A stretch of 63,406 bases of DNA, filler included, from Octopus bimaculoides (lineage: Eukaryota), in NCBI RefSeq assembly GCF_001194135.2. It is 4 parts of 3 records of this genome, joined end to end, with 100 filler letters (N's around TTAATTAATTAA, not from the genome) between each part and the next. Parts side by side here need not be neighbours in the genome. Positions count along the whole stretch, not along the records: positions 31,425 to 57,537 come from NC_068989.1; positions 57,638 to 63,406 come from NC_068991.1; 2 more parts are not named here. The stretch is one strand, 5' to 3'. The position numbers were made by a program, and so were the translations under genes. Below the pieces are notes generated by a model. That model worked only from the letters and a program-made list of their open reading frames with translations, was not told the DNA's origin and ran no database searches. Below, piece by piece: positions 49,888-60,510 of this stretch. Positions within the stretch are counted from its first letter, which is position 1, and each line of letters begins with the position of its first letter.

Positions 49888-50045
49888 CATGTAGCTTAGT
49901 GGTTAGGGTGTTGCACTAACAATCGCCAGATCGTAGTTACAATTGCCAGACAGGCAGTGCATTGTGTTCTTGAGCGAAACACTTCATTTCACGTTGCTCC
50001 AGCCCACCCAGTCGTAAATGGGTAACCTTACGACGGACTGGGATT
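49888..50045 (+). mobile_element. SINE family C copy
   Basis: GTAGCTTAGTGGTTAGGG...TTGTGTTCTTGAGCGAAACACTTCATTTCACGTTGCTCCAG. Confidence 0.8.
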
Positions 50046-50780
50046 ATGTTCCGGTCACGTGGGAAGTGACAATGTTGGCCTGCCTTGCTTAGCCATTGGG
50101 GTGACACCTTTCGGAAGCTACAAAAATTTCAAGAAAATAATTTTATCGACTCAGTAATACAGTGATGTGGGGTGGGGGACGAATGTTTGTGAGTTTGTGC
50201 CCGAGCACGCGAATGGTCAAAGAATCCATGAGTAAAAAGCAGACGTTTGTAAGTGACCAGGTTTCGAACGACGAAAATTTTCACACCATAATACAGGCAC
50301 TCAACTATGAATCCACTGCATCGTATAGCACAAACAGCTGTAAGCTAATGAAGTTCATAACAGCCAGAGTTTTTCTTGTGTCATCTCTCTTTCTGATATA
50401 TATATAGAGAGGGGGGATGGGGAGGGAGAGATAGATAGATACATACATACATAATACATACATACATACATACATACATACATACATACATACATGTGTA
50501 TGCGTGCATGTGTGCTTGCGTTTGTTTACATCTATAATCGATTTAAAAAGTACGGTGGACGATGTTGAAGTCAGTTTCTTGTTTAAAAGTTTTCCGGGTA
50601 TCCCGTGCCTTCGAAGCAGTGTAAAATAAATTATCTCTTACATGGAAAATCCCGTAAAGATTATCGTCAGGAATGGGATCCGGCTAGAAAAGTTAATACC
50701 CCTAACATAAAAAACGGAATACACACACACACACACACACACACATACACACACATAAATACATACATGCATACATACAT

Positions 50781-51162
50781 TGTTGGCACACCGTCGCTTA
50801 CAACGTCGAGGGTTCCAGTTGATCCAATCAACGGAACAGCCTGCTCGTGAAATTAACGTGCAAGTGGTTGAGCACTCCACAGACACGTGTACCCATAACA
50901 TAGTTCTCGGGGATATTCAGCGTGACACAGTGTGACAAGGCTGACCCATTGAATTACAGGCACAACAGAAACAGGAAGTAACAGTGAGAGAGAGTTGTGG
51001 TGAAAGAGTACAGCAGGGTTCGCTACCATCCCCTGCCGGAGCCTTGTAGAGCTTTAGGTGTTTTCGCTCAATAAACACTCACAATGCCCGGTCTGGAAAT
51101 CGAAACCGCGATTCTATGACCGCGAGTCCGCTGCCCTAACCACTGGGTCATTGCTCCTCCAC
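50781..51162 (-). mobile_element. SINE family B copy
   Basis: Reverse complement of 2085-2470 over the full length. Confidence 0.92.
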
Positions 51163-51204
51163 GCATACATACATATACATAAGTATAAAGAATCCCTTTC
51201 TAAT

Positions 51205-51500
51205 GAACATTGGTGGAACATTGCCATAGAAACTTCAACTGAATGTAAACATAACAGGCGGGATATTGTTTAGGAACAAACAAGATAGCGTACGTATGGT
51301 CATAGAGATATGAATATCTCTTTGAAAAATCAATGAGTAAAAGGTTAACTATGGACGACTACTTCGAAACCTTCAGAGTCTGTATGTTTATATTTATACC
51401 AATGATAATTGTTGCATTTATTTTTGTTCGCTAATACCTAAGTGACAATCTGAAAACAAAGGCTAACGTTTTCAGAAAGAGAAATAAACCGTAAACAAGC
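51205..51500 (+). pseudogene. R4/Dong-clade endonuclease-region remnant (copy 3)
   Basis: WWNIAIETSTECKHNRRDIV corresponds to W...I.T....HNRPDIV; decayed downstream. Confidence 0.6.
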
Positions 51501-51734
51501 ACATCATAAATTCAATCTATAAGCGCAACATAAAAAAATTATTCAAGATTTCTCTCAAGTTCAACAAGTGACATTGTTTTTATTAGCTTTGTATCTTTGT
51601 TTGCAACCAGCTATTCAGAGGAGGAATTCAAATAGAAGAGAACGTGCATTCATACATACATACATACATACATACATGCATACATTATATACATGTACAT
51701 ATGTATATGTATATATGTCTATATATAGACGTCG

Positions 51735-51880
51735 CAACTCATTTCTACAGCTAAGTGAACTGGAGCAACGTGAAATAAAGTGTCTTGCTCAAGAACACAA
51801 CACGCAGTCCGGTCCGGGATTCGACCTCACAACCACACGATCGTAAACTCGACGCTCTAACCACTGAGTCATGTGCCTTC
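51735..51880 (-). mobile_element. SINE family C copy
   Basis: AGTGAACTGGAGCAACGTGAAATAAAGTGTCTTGCTCAAGAACACAAC...GGGATTCGACC...CTCTAACCACTGAG. Confidence 0.85.
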
Positions 51881-51898
51881 GCACACATACACACACAC

Positions 51899-51938
<40 letters not shown>

Positions 51939-52542
51939 NNNNNNNNNNNNNNNNNNNNNNNNNNNNNNNNNNNNNNNNNNNNNNNNNNNNNNNNNNNNNN
52001 NNNNNNNNNNNNNNNNNNNNNNNNNNNNNNNNNNNNNNNNNNNNNNNNNNNNNNNNNNNNNNNNNNNNNNNNNNNNNNNNNNNNNNNNNNNNNNNNNNNN
52101 NNNNNNNNNNNNNNNNNNNNAATATCGTTGAAACTGAACTAACTGAACTGTTGTCGGTCGCCTTTAGTTATGAGTGTTGTCTGTTTCATTGAAACATATC
52201 GCAACATATCAATTCTCACCTTCTCTCCCCTTGAACCTTAGATCAGCACCTTGTCATTTCCTTAGCTAACCCCTGGCTGACTCCTTGAATTTGGAGGTAA
52301 CCGAGTTTATTCACAGCAAGTCAACGGGATGCTGTTAGTCTTCAGTCAGGTGATCTTTCCCGTTGAGCATATGTAATAACCACCTCCAGATTCATTTCAA
52401 AGAAGTAACACTAATTAATTTTTTTCTTAATTATTTTCATTAGCTCTAGCATGATNNNNNNNNNNTAATAACCACCTCCAGATTCATTTCAAAGAAGTAA
52501 CACTAATTAATTTTTTTCTTAATTATTTTCATTAGCTCTAGC

Positions 52543-54500
52543 ATGATAAAAAGAAAATCAACTGTTTGGAATTTTTTCGATAGGAAAAACAAAGACGAAG
52601 CTCAATGCAATAAGTGTGATAAGATCATGAAACCTTCTGGAGGATCTACTACGTCTCTGATCTTGCACTTGAAGAAGATTCATCAAACCGACATAAATCA
52701 AGATGCAAACCAGCCTCCTGTGAAAATGACAAGAACAATGGAGNNNNNNNNNNACCGACATAAATCAAGATGCAAACCAGCCTCCTGTGAAAATGACAAG
52801 AACAATGGAGCACTTTTTAACAAAGAAATCAATGGAAGAAGAAGTTTCAAAGTTAGCTGCTACAGATGGATTCTCTTTCAATTCAATCGCCAAAAGCGAT
52901 TTTATACAGAGAAATCTTCATAGTCAGAGAGGCAAATATGATAAATTACAACTAACATCTGCAAAGGGAGCCAGGAATATGGTAATGAATTATTACATAA
53001 CTAAGAAAGAAGAACTTATTCATTATTTCGAAAAAGAAGTAGCGCTGGGGATTCGCTACTCATTGACATTGGATGAATACACATCAATTCAAAATAAACG
53101 ATATATGAACATAAATGTTCATGGGAAAGACAATCATTGGTCGTTGGGTCTTATTGAGATCCATGGCTCCGTTAATAGCAGGAGAACAGAGCAATTTGTG
53201 AGAGGACGTCTTCGTGAATTTGGATTGGATTTGGATATACACGTTGTTGGCTGTACGACGGATGGTGCTTCTATGATGGTGAAATTCGGAAAAGAAATAA
53301 CACCTGATCACCAACAATGTCTCACACATTGCATACATCTGTCTGTGATCGACATTCTCTATCAAAAAAAATACTGAAAATATTGCCTCAACCGATGAGA
53401 CTGATAAAAAAAGTGAAGAGATCGCTATATCAGACGATAGTGATGATGAAGCTGACATAAGCCAACAAGACATACTTTTTCAAACAGATTTGGCTCACGA
53501 AAATGCTTGTTTTCCCCTGCTAAAACCTGAATTTTAAAAAGTTTTAAATAAGGTAAGAAAAATTTCAAGTCTTTTCCGTAAATCTCCTACAAAAAATGAA
53601 ATTTTGCAAGATTTTGTACGAGCGAACTTTGATAACAGAGAATATAAACTTATACTGGATTGCAGAACTAGGTGGAATAGCACATTCCATATGATTGAGA
53701 GATTTTTGAAATTGAAAAGCTGCATTCCAAATGCTCTACGAGCAGTACTTTCCACAGATGCCGAGCTGACAAAGAATGGAAATCTCTCGATTTACTATAT
53801 GAAATTTTGCATCCAGTAGAAATTATTTTGAAAGCTATTTGCGCTGGTGATACGGATTTACTGAAAGCGGAATATACTATAGAATTTTTATTGCATAAAC
53901 TTAATATAGCCGGCAACCCTTTGGCTCTAAATCTTCGTGAAAGATTTATGAATCGATATAATAAGAGAAGAAATGTCGAAACCTTGACTCTCTTGAGGTA
54001 TTTACATAACCCAAGGAAGTTTAAAGGTGAATCAATTTCTAGACCTTTTCTTTTTCTAACGAAACAATATTTAAGGAAGTATGCTGAACAAACATATAGG
54101 AGATTATTTCCTGAATATGACGCTGAGAACACAACAGAATTGTACAAAGAAAATGGAATGGGAGGGAACCTAAAAACAAGTGTTACTGTTGTCCATCTAC
54201 TTACGAAGGTAATGAAATCACGCGTGAGTACACAAGCGCAATGAAGAAAATGAATGAAGAGCCTAAGATAGTAACAGATGGATTTGAAATCTCTAAAGAA
54301 TTCGAATATTTTGAAGCAACTTCGAACAGAAGTGAAAAGCTCGAGAAACTTTATAGAGCATTGCTTACAACTAAAGCAATTAGTGTCTAGTCGGAAAGAG
54401 CTTTTTCAATTACTGGACTTTTCAACACAAAAATTAGGACAAGTTTGTCAGGTAAAACACTGAATGCATTGTGTTTTTTTAAAAGATTATTTTCGAAGGA
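52543..54500 (+). pseudogene. hAT-superfamily transposase pseudogene with N-terminal BED zinc finger
   Basis: BED finger VWNFF...AQCNKC...GSTTSLILHLKKIH; catalytic motifs LTLDEYTS, CTTDGAS, CLTHCIHL (CxxH), CRTRWNS and V*SERAFS; C-terminal RTSLSGKTLNALCF. At least 3 frameshifts (about 53370 in an A run, about 53770, about 54200) and 2 stops. Confidence 0.92.
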
Positions 54501-55281
54501 AAATGAATCATCAAGCAAGTCAAGAAACTTGATTGATTCTCAAAAATACGACGACTTGGAAAAACGTTGCATTCCTGATTAAATAAATATAATACCATTA
54601 TTTTTTGTTATTGTTTGTACATAGATACAGATACAGGCACCATCAACATATTTGTGGATATCAGTCCATCTGTTATTTTCTCTCTTTCTCTGTGTATGTA
54701 TATTGTGTATGTCGTATATTGTATTTACAATATACGACAAACTTCTTCGTTACAGGGACACCGCTCTAAATCCGCNNNNNNNNNNTCCGATCTATATATA
54801 TAATGTATACACACACGCATACATTATATGGATATATATGTTTATGAATTTGTTTTGCAAGATTCTTGATGCGAAATCGTATGTGTTGAAGTAGTTATTG
54901 TGATATTTCAGGATGGTCGTTTTCTTTTTTCCTTGCCAAATGAACATACGCACTATATATTCGTACTTCACTCATTATTGTTCTTATTTTATCTTAGGTC
55001 CATTGTCTGGAAATCTTTCGTTACACATCTAGACTAAACAGAACAGGAGGATACACGTGAATGGAAGAGTCGCTGAAGAGGTTACAGATGTGTGCCGAAT
55101 GATTTCCAGATTATGGCCATATGATAGAATAAGAACAATAATAAACGAGTGAAGAACCAATATATAAAGCGTGTGTTTGTTTGACAAGGAATAAAAAATG
55201 GCCATCCGAAATATAGCGATATATCTATACATATTGTAAAGCTGAGTTTGTGAGTGTGTGTATGTGTGTGTGTGCGCGCGC

Positions 55282-55381
<100 letters not shown>

Positions 55382-55389
55382 TACGCTTC

Positions 55390-55515
55390 GTCAGTTACGA
55401 CGACGTTAATACAGTCAACGAAACAGCCTGCTCGTGAACTTAATGTACAAGTGGCTGAGCACTCCTCAGACACATAGATTGTGACAAGGCTGGCCCCTTT
55501 GAAATACAAGTACAA
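55390..55515 (-). mobile_element. SINE family B 3' fragment with internal deletion
   Basis: TCAACGAAACAGCCTGCTCGTGAA...AAGTGGCTGAGCACTCC.CAGACAC...GTGACAAGGCTGGCCCCTTTGAAATACA. Confidence 0.75.
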
Positions 55516-55526
55516 CTCAATATGTA

Positions 55527-55557
<31 letters not shown>

Positions 55558-55596
55558 TGTATGTATATACACACACACATATACATATAGGTATAT

Positions 55597-56762
55597 TTAA
55601 TCATAAATATACAGGGATTAGCAGGAGCCTGCTTCTCCAACACACTGAGAATTCAGAAATAGCAGCCAAAGAACTACAATTTTTTTTCTAACGGATGGCG
55701 ATATTTATGGCACACACAGAACAAAAAACAGAAGAGAAGAGTAAAAACAAACCTGCCTTTAGTTAATTGGGTACGACGTTTCACAGTTAAGGGTATGAAG
55801 TTACCCTATTCCGATCTTCAGCCTCAATATTCGAATAAATTTGCAAGTGTCTAATAACTCATGTGAATTTTGACCATGCGACATCAAGACCACGTGAGAC
55901 AGACACTAAGAAATTTATCGGCTAGTGAGTTTAAAACATCTCACCTCACTGAATCTATTCAATGTGTGTCATAAATAGTCCCGTATAGAAAAAAATCCCA
56001 TATGACGGGTTGCAGTTTAACCATCCAACTTAGAGGCATTACTATAAAATATAGATATATAGGGCAGGGAATCGTCAATTAGTAATAAAATTAATAATTA
56101 ACAATTTTGCCGAGTAGCTCAGTATGAAAAAACCTTTATCGGTAAAACCATTTATAATCATAAATATACAGGGATTAGCAGGAGCCTGCTTCTCTAACAT
56201 ACTGAGAATTCAGAAATAGCAGTCAAAGAACTACTGATTCCAAACTACAAATTTTTTCTCTAACGGATGGCGATATTTATGGCACACACAGAACAAAAAA
56301 CAGATTTTTGACACACATTGAATAGATTCATTGAGGTGAGGTGTTTTAAACTCACTAGCCGATAAATTTCTTAGTGTCTGTCTCACGTGGTCTTGATGTC
56401 GCATGGTCAAAATTCACATGAGTTATTAGACACTTGCAAATTTATTCGAATATTGAGGCTGAAGATCGGAATAGGGTAACTTCATACCATTAACCGTGAA
56501 ACNNNNNNNNNNCTTCTCTTCTGTTTTTTGTTCTGTGTGTGCCATAAATATCGCCATCCGTTAGAGAAAAAATTTGTAGTTTGGAATCAGTAGTTCTTTG
56601 ACTGCTATTTCTGAATTCTCAGTATGTTGGAGAAGCAGGCTCCTGCTAATCCCTGTATATTTATGATTATAAATGGTTTTACCGATAAAGGTTTTTTCAT
56701 ACTAAGCTACTCGGCAAAATTGCTAATTATTAATTTTATTACTAATTGACGATTCCCTGCCC
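55597..56762. mobile_element. Penelope-like insertion made of direct and inverted pLTR copies
   Basis: Segment A+B (+) at 55597-55976; extended A (+) at 56080-56303; complete unit in reverse at 56304-56762, interrupted by a 10-N gap. Segment B carries a hammerhead fold. Confidence 0.8.
55766..55828 (-). ncRNA. Type I hammerhead ribozyme candidate with intact core and extended stem II
   Basis: ATTG(A)GG-CTGAAGA-TCGG-AAT-AGGGTA-ACTTCA-TACCCT-TAA-CTGT-GAAAC-GTC-GTA-CCCAAT. CUGAAGA and GAAAC are intact, the triplet is GUA, and stem I has one bulge. A second copy on + at 56452-56502 is cut by the gap. Confidence 0.7.
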
Positions 56763-56778
56763 TATATATCTATATAGG

Positions 56779-56814
<36 letters not shown>

Positions 56815-57234
56815 TGTATATAAAGTATGTGCATAGTATGTTTATATTTCTGTAGTATTTGATATATTTAAATATATCTTCTCTATTAAAATTTATATAT
56901 ATATATATATCCTGGCGTTTCGCAAAGTTTCGGTGAATAATCTTATATTTAATGTGTTGACACGGACATCACTGTTTGACACTCTTTTTCAGATCTGTTT
57001 TTATTAATCCTAATTAACTTCCTTCTCATTACCGAGAACATTTCATTTGATTAATAATTACTTTCGATTCACCGCATTTAATATGCTTCATGCAGAAAAC
57101 CTCTTTGAAAATTTTACATGTACAAATGCATATATCCGTATGTCTGTGTGTGTGAGTTTGTGCTGTGGGTTGTGTGTATACGTATGCATAATATATATAT
57201 ATATATATACATATATATAATATATCATTTTTAT

Positions 57235-57253
57235 AATAATAATAATAATGATG

Positions 57254-57320
<67 letters not shown>
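57235..57320. repeat. (AAT)n microsatellite
   Basis: Read directly from the sequence. Confidence 0.95.
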
Positions 57321-57322
<2 letters not shown>

Positions 57323-57537
57323 GAAAAATAATGACAGGATATAGGATGCACCACCCAAAATCTGACATAGAAAGGCTATATATACAACGCACAGAAGGTG
57401 ACAGGGGTCTTATACAGCTAGAAAACTATTATAAAATAACCACCATAGGACTGCAAAAATACCTACTCCAGAAGCAAGGGAAACTAATACAAATAGCCAC
57501 AAAACACGAGCAAAACAAAAAACTGTTTTCAGTATTT
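57320..57537 (+). pseudogene. 5'-truncated R4/Dong-clade element fragment (copy 4), open to the gap
   Basis: KRKIMTGYRMHHPKSDIERLYIQRTEGDRGLIQLENYYK matches the R4/Dong motif HHPK.D.DRLY..R..GGRGL.QLE. It starts directly after (AAT)n. Confidence 0.85.
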
Positions 57538-57637
57538 NNNNNNNNNNNNNNNNNNNNNNNNNNNNNNNNNNNNNNNNNNNNTTAATTAATTAANNNNNNN
57601 NNNNNNNNNNNNNNNNNNNNNNNNNNNNNNNNNNNNN

Positions 57638-57687
<50 letters not shown>

Positions 57688-57867
57688 TACTCACACACGT
57701 ATTCATCAATGTATAAAACAATACTGTATATTCACTTCCTGACTGTTATCGTTCTCATACATAACCAAAGAATGAAATTATTCAAGATCAATTATGAAAT
57801 GTTCACGAAAAATTTCTTTTAAGAGATGTGTAACAATTGCTTGTCTAAGCATATCGTTTATTGTTTA

Positions 57868-58072
57868 CAGTAACCCGTTGACTATCGAGGGTGTTACGTT
57901 CCAAAACCTTTCACAGAAATAATTAAAATCTAAAAAAATATAAATACCTCTCAGCCGCAGAAACCCACCATATGTTGATGAGTTCCGATATAAATTTACA
58001 TATATTAGCCATAGCAATCTACGATGTACTGAGTGCGCGATAGGTGAACCGCGATATGGCAAGGGATTACTG
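57868..58072. mobile_element. Tigger/pogo-type MITE (205 bp)
   Basis: TA|CAGTAACCCGTTGACTATCGAGG ... CCGCGATATGGCAAGGGATTACTG|TA: CAGT termini, imperfect TIRs of about 23 bp, TA on both sides. Confidence 0.8.
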
Positions 58073-58689
58073 TAAGTCTTTTTATTCCAGCCCCGTGTCT
58101 TAGAGTGCTTTACCAATCTACGATTGTACAATACATAATGTTACTTATTTCCTCAGACAAATATTGTTCTGAGTTTAGCTACTAACTCTATCCACTTTTA
58201 AAATATAATTTAAAACAACACCATGATTTCCTATAAAACAGTTGTGTTGCTCGCGTCACCTACATTTGTAATAAATTTCAGCATTTACCGATATTGACAT
58301 TACTAGGTATTTTTTTCTAAATTAATACAAGGCATCAGATATGCGTAATTTGTTACATAAATCTAAACGCATATAAGATGAACTATCCTCTAATGTATAT
58401 GCTAGGTCTTTTCAACCATTACCAAAATGCCCCTTGATACTTAAAGTTTTTTAGTGGCAATCATCTTAATTATTAGTTTCCAAGTAACAGAGATGCCTAT
58501 GGGGTTCATAGACGATCTGAGACTTGCACCAATGGTGCTGCTAACGTTTCATTGAAACTGGTGGGAATTGCGAACTAAAGAAATATATGTGCAAAGATGG
58601 AAGTGCAGAGAACGAAATTCTGTGAAATGGTTTGGGCATTGTGACTAGAGAGGAGTCCTGATGCCAACAAAAGAAGATGAGTGACTGTA

Positions 58690-59250
58690 CTATATACATC
58701 ATTCTTAAACCATATGTACTTACTTGTACTTATGGCACCATTAACCCGGGTTGTGCAGAGACGGCTTGACCCAGCTGGACCGCCTTGTCCCTCATGTATG
58801 CAGACAAAATCTGACAGCCAGTCTTAACGTGCGGTCCAAAAATCCAAGTTGCAACTTCGAAAAGAAACCCTACTAGGAGAGCAAGCACATCGGATAGCCA
58901 GGGTAGCGTTACCGTAGGCATCATTCGTTGCTGAGGTGTAGAGTTCATGTTCGGAGTTTCAGTGGGAATACAAGTTCACATGCATTCCCCGGTCACATGG
59001 ATACACAGCTTGGGATAGTGTGATCCAAAGCAGCTTATCTTCCAGTCGATTGTTGACCATTGCAGAAAAGGCGCTGACCAAGACCTTTGAGGAAATGGAA
59101 TGATACCAGACAAGTTTGTGATGTGGAAACCATTGGAGTATTGGTGAAAATAAAGAAGAAAAAGAGACTTAGTCTGGGGGCCAGAGGTTGTAGCATCTCT
59201 TTGGATGATTCATGTAACGTGATATATTTAGCCATATTCTCCGATCGTCG
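58690..59250 (-). mobile_element. Old unclassified retroelement-like 3' segment (related 3' end at about 61940-62090, +)
   Basis: Both copies share GTC(A/G)GAT.T.GTC.GCA...TGAGGGAC...AGCCG.CT...CC.GG.TTAA...AGTACAAGTAAGTAC.TAT.GTTTAAGAATG. Confidence 0.5.
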
Positions 59251-59625
59251 ATTTTCTTTTTAACATCCTTAAGACAAATGCAGTATCAGGAATGCTAGCA
59301 GCTTATAACATTTTAGTCAATATGTGTGTCTGTAAATTGAAATGGCCAAACTATTAACTGTGTTGTAAAGGGCAATTATTGATATAAACGTTTGTTTGCT
59401 ATGTAAAGATCGAATGTGACTTCTGATTATATATTCGATTCTTTATAACCTCAATAGTTTGGCATGTCGTGTAAATTTAATTTTAAGTATACCAAACTCC
59501 CTTAAACAAAATCCCACCTACAAATATTTGAGAAAACTAACGTGTCTGTATTTTCAAAAAGTGTTTTAACTCTTAGCAACTATTTTGTTTGCAATTCGGT
59601 TCCTCTTTAATCAATTCAAGTTAGA

Positions 59626-60031
59626 ACTAGAAAAGCACTCGGAGAGCGCAGACCTCCACCAAGCAGCTGATGTTAAGATAGATACGCGAGTCAAATTGCT
59701 AATAGAGAAACGAAACTAGGCTTTGGAAAACAGCAACGCCACCATAGGTTACGTGGAAACGATGAACGTGTTTTCAAGGGAGATAATCAAAGAACGTAAC
59801 ATTGTAATACTTCATGTAAAGTAAAAATAGCAAGTGAAAAATCCTTCAAGAAACATAAAAATTCCAGGATCACTACCAAAATTTCATCATCCATTCCTTG
59901 TGTCATTACCGACTTTTCCTGCAAGTTTCATCAAATACCATGGACAACTTTCTGAGTTATTTTGCACACAGACGGACAGACGGACAAACCAGCACCGAGA
60001 AAAATATAACCTCCTTCCTTGGCGGAGGTAA
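59626..60031 (+). mobile_element. Helentron-associated interspersed element (HINE/DINE-1-like), about 405 bp
   Basis: Sub-terminal inverted repeats ACCTCCACCAAG (59652-59663) / CTTGGCGGAGGT (60018-60029); 3' hairpin ACCTCC-TTCCTTGGC-GGAGGT; internal (GACA/GACG)n; CCAAAATTTCATCA and AAGTTTCATCAAA blocks. Confidence 0.7.
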
Positions 60032-60265
60032 TTATGATTTTAACTTTATCAATGGAATGATCACACAGGAAGAAACCAACACGTTTTAAGTTAAAGAAAA
60101 GATTTGCAATAATTTCATTTATATACTAGTCATCGATAATATTTTGGTTATACACGAGCTTCTGACTGTGACCTAATCAGACAGCTTATGTAACAGTGCG
60201 GGTGTGTTTTGACGGTGCATTTTACTTAAATTGGCCTTCGTTATTTGTTACTGTATATAATAATA

Positions 60266-60510
60266 TGTGGAGGCGCGTGGCTTAGTGGTTAGCGTGTCAG
60301 CATCATGATTGTAAGATTGTAGTTTTGATTCCTGCACCGGGCTACGCGTTCTGTTCTTGAGCAAAACACTTCATTTCACGTTGCTCCAGTCCACTCAGCT
60401 GGCAAAATGAGTAACGCTGCGATGGACTGGCGTCCCGTCCAGCTGGTGAGCACATACGCCATTGAAACCGGGACACCATGTCCATGAGCCTGGCTAGGCT
60501 TTAAAAGGGC
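60266..60510 (+). mobile_element. SINE family C, near full length
   Basis: tRNA-like head GTGGAGGCGCGTGGCTTAGTGGTTAG...TTTGATTCC, central GTTCTTGAGCAAAACACTTCATTTCACGTTGCTCCAGTCCACTCAGCTG, and an (ATT)n tail. Confidence 0.88.

Noticed and set aside
52372-52810. Exact direct duplications flanking 10-N gaps (52372-52455 vs 52466 onward; about 52690-52743 vs 52754 onward)
   Set aside because: Identical sequence on both sides of a minimal gap is the signature of unmerged contig overlaps, so it is not a real tandem duplication of the hAT 5' end.
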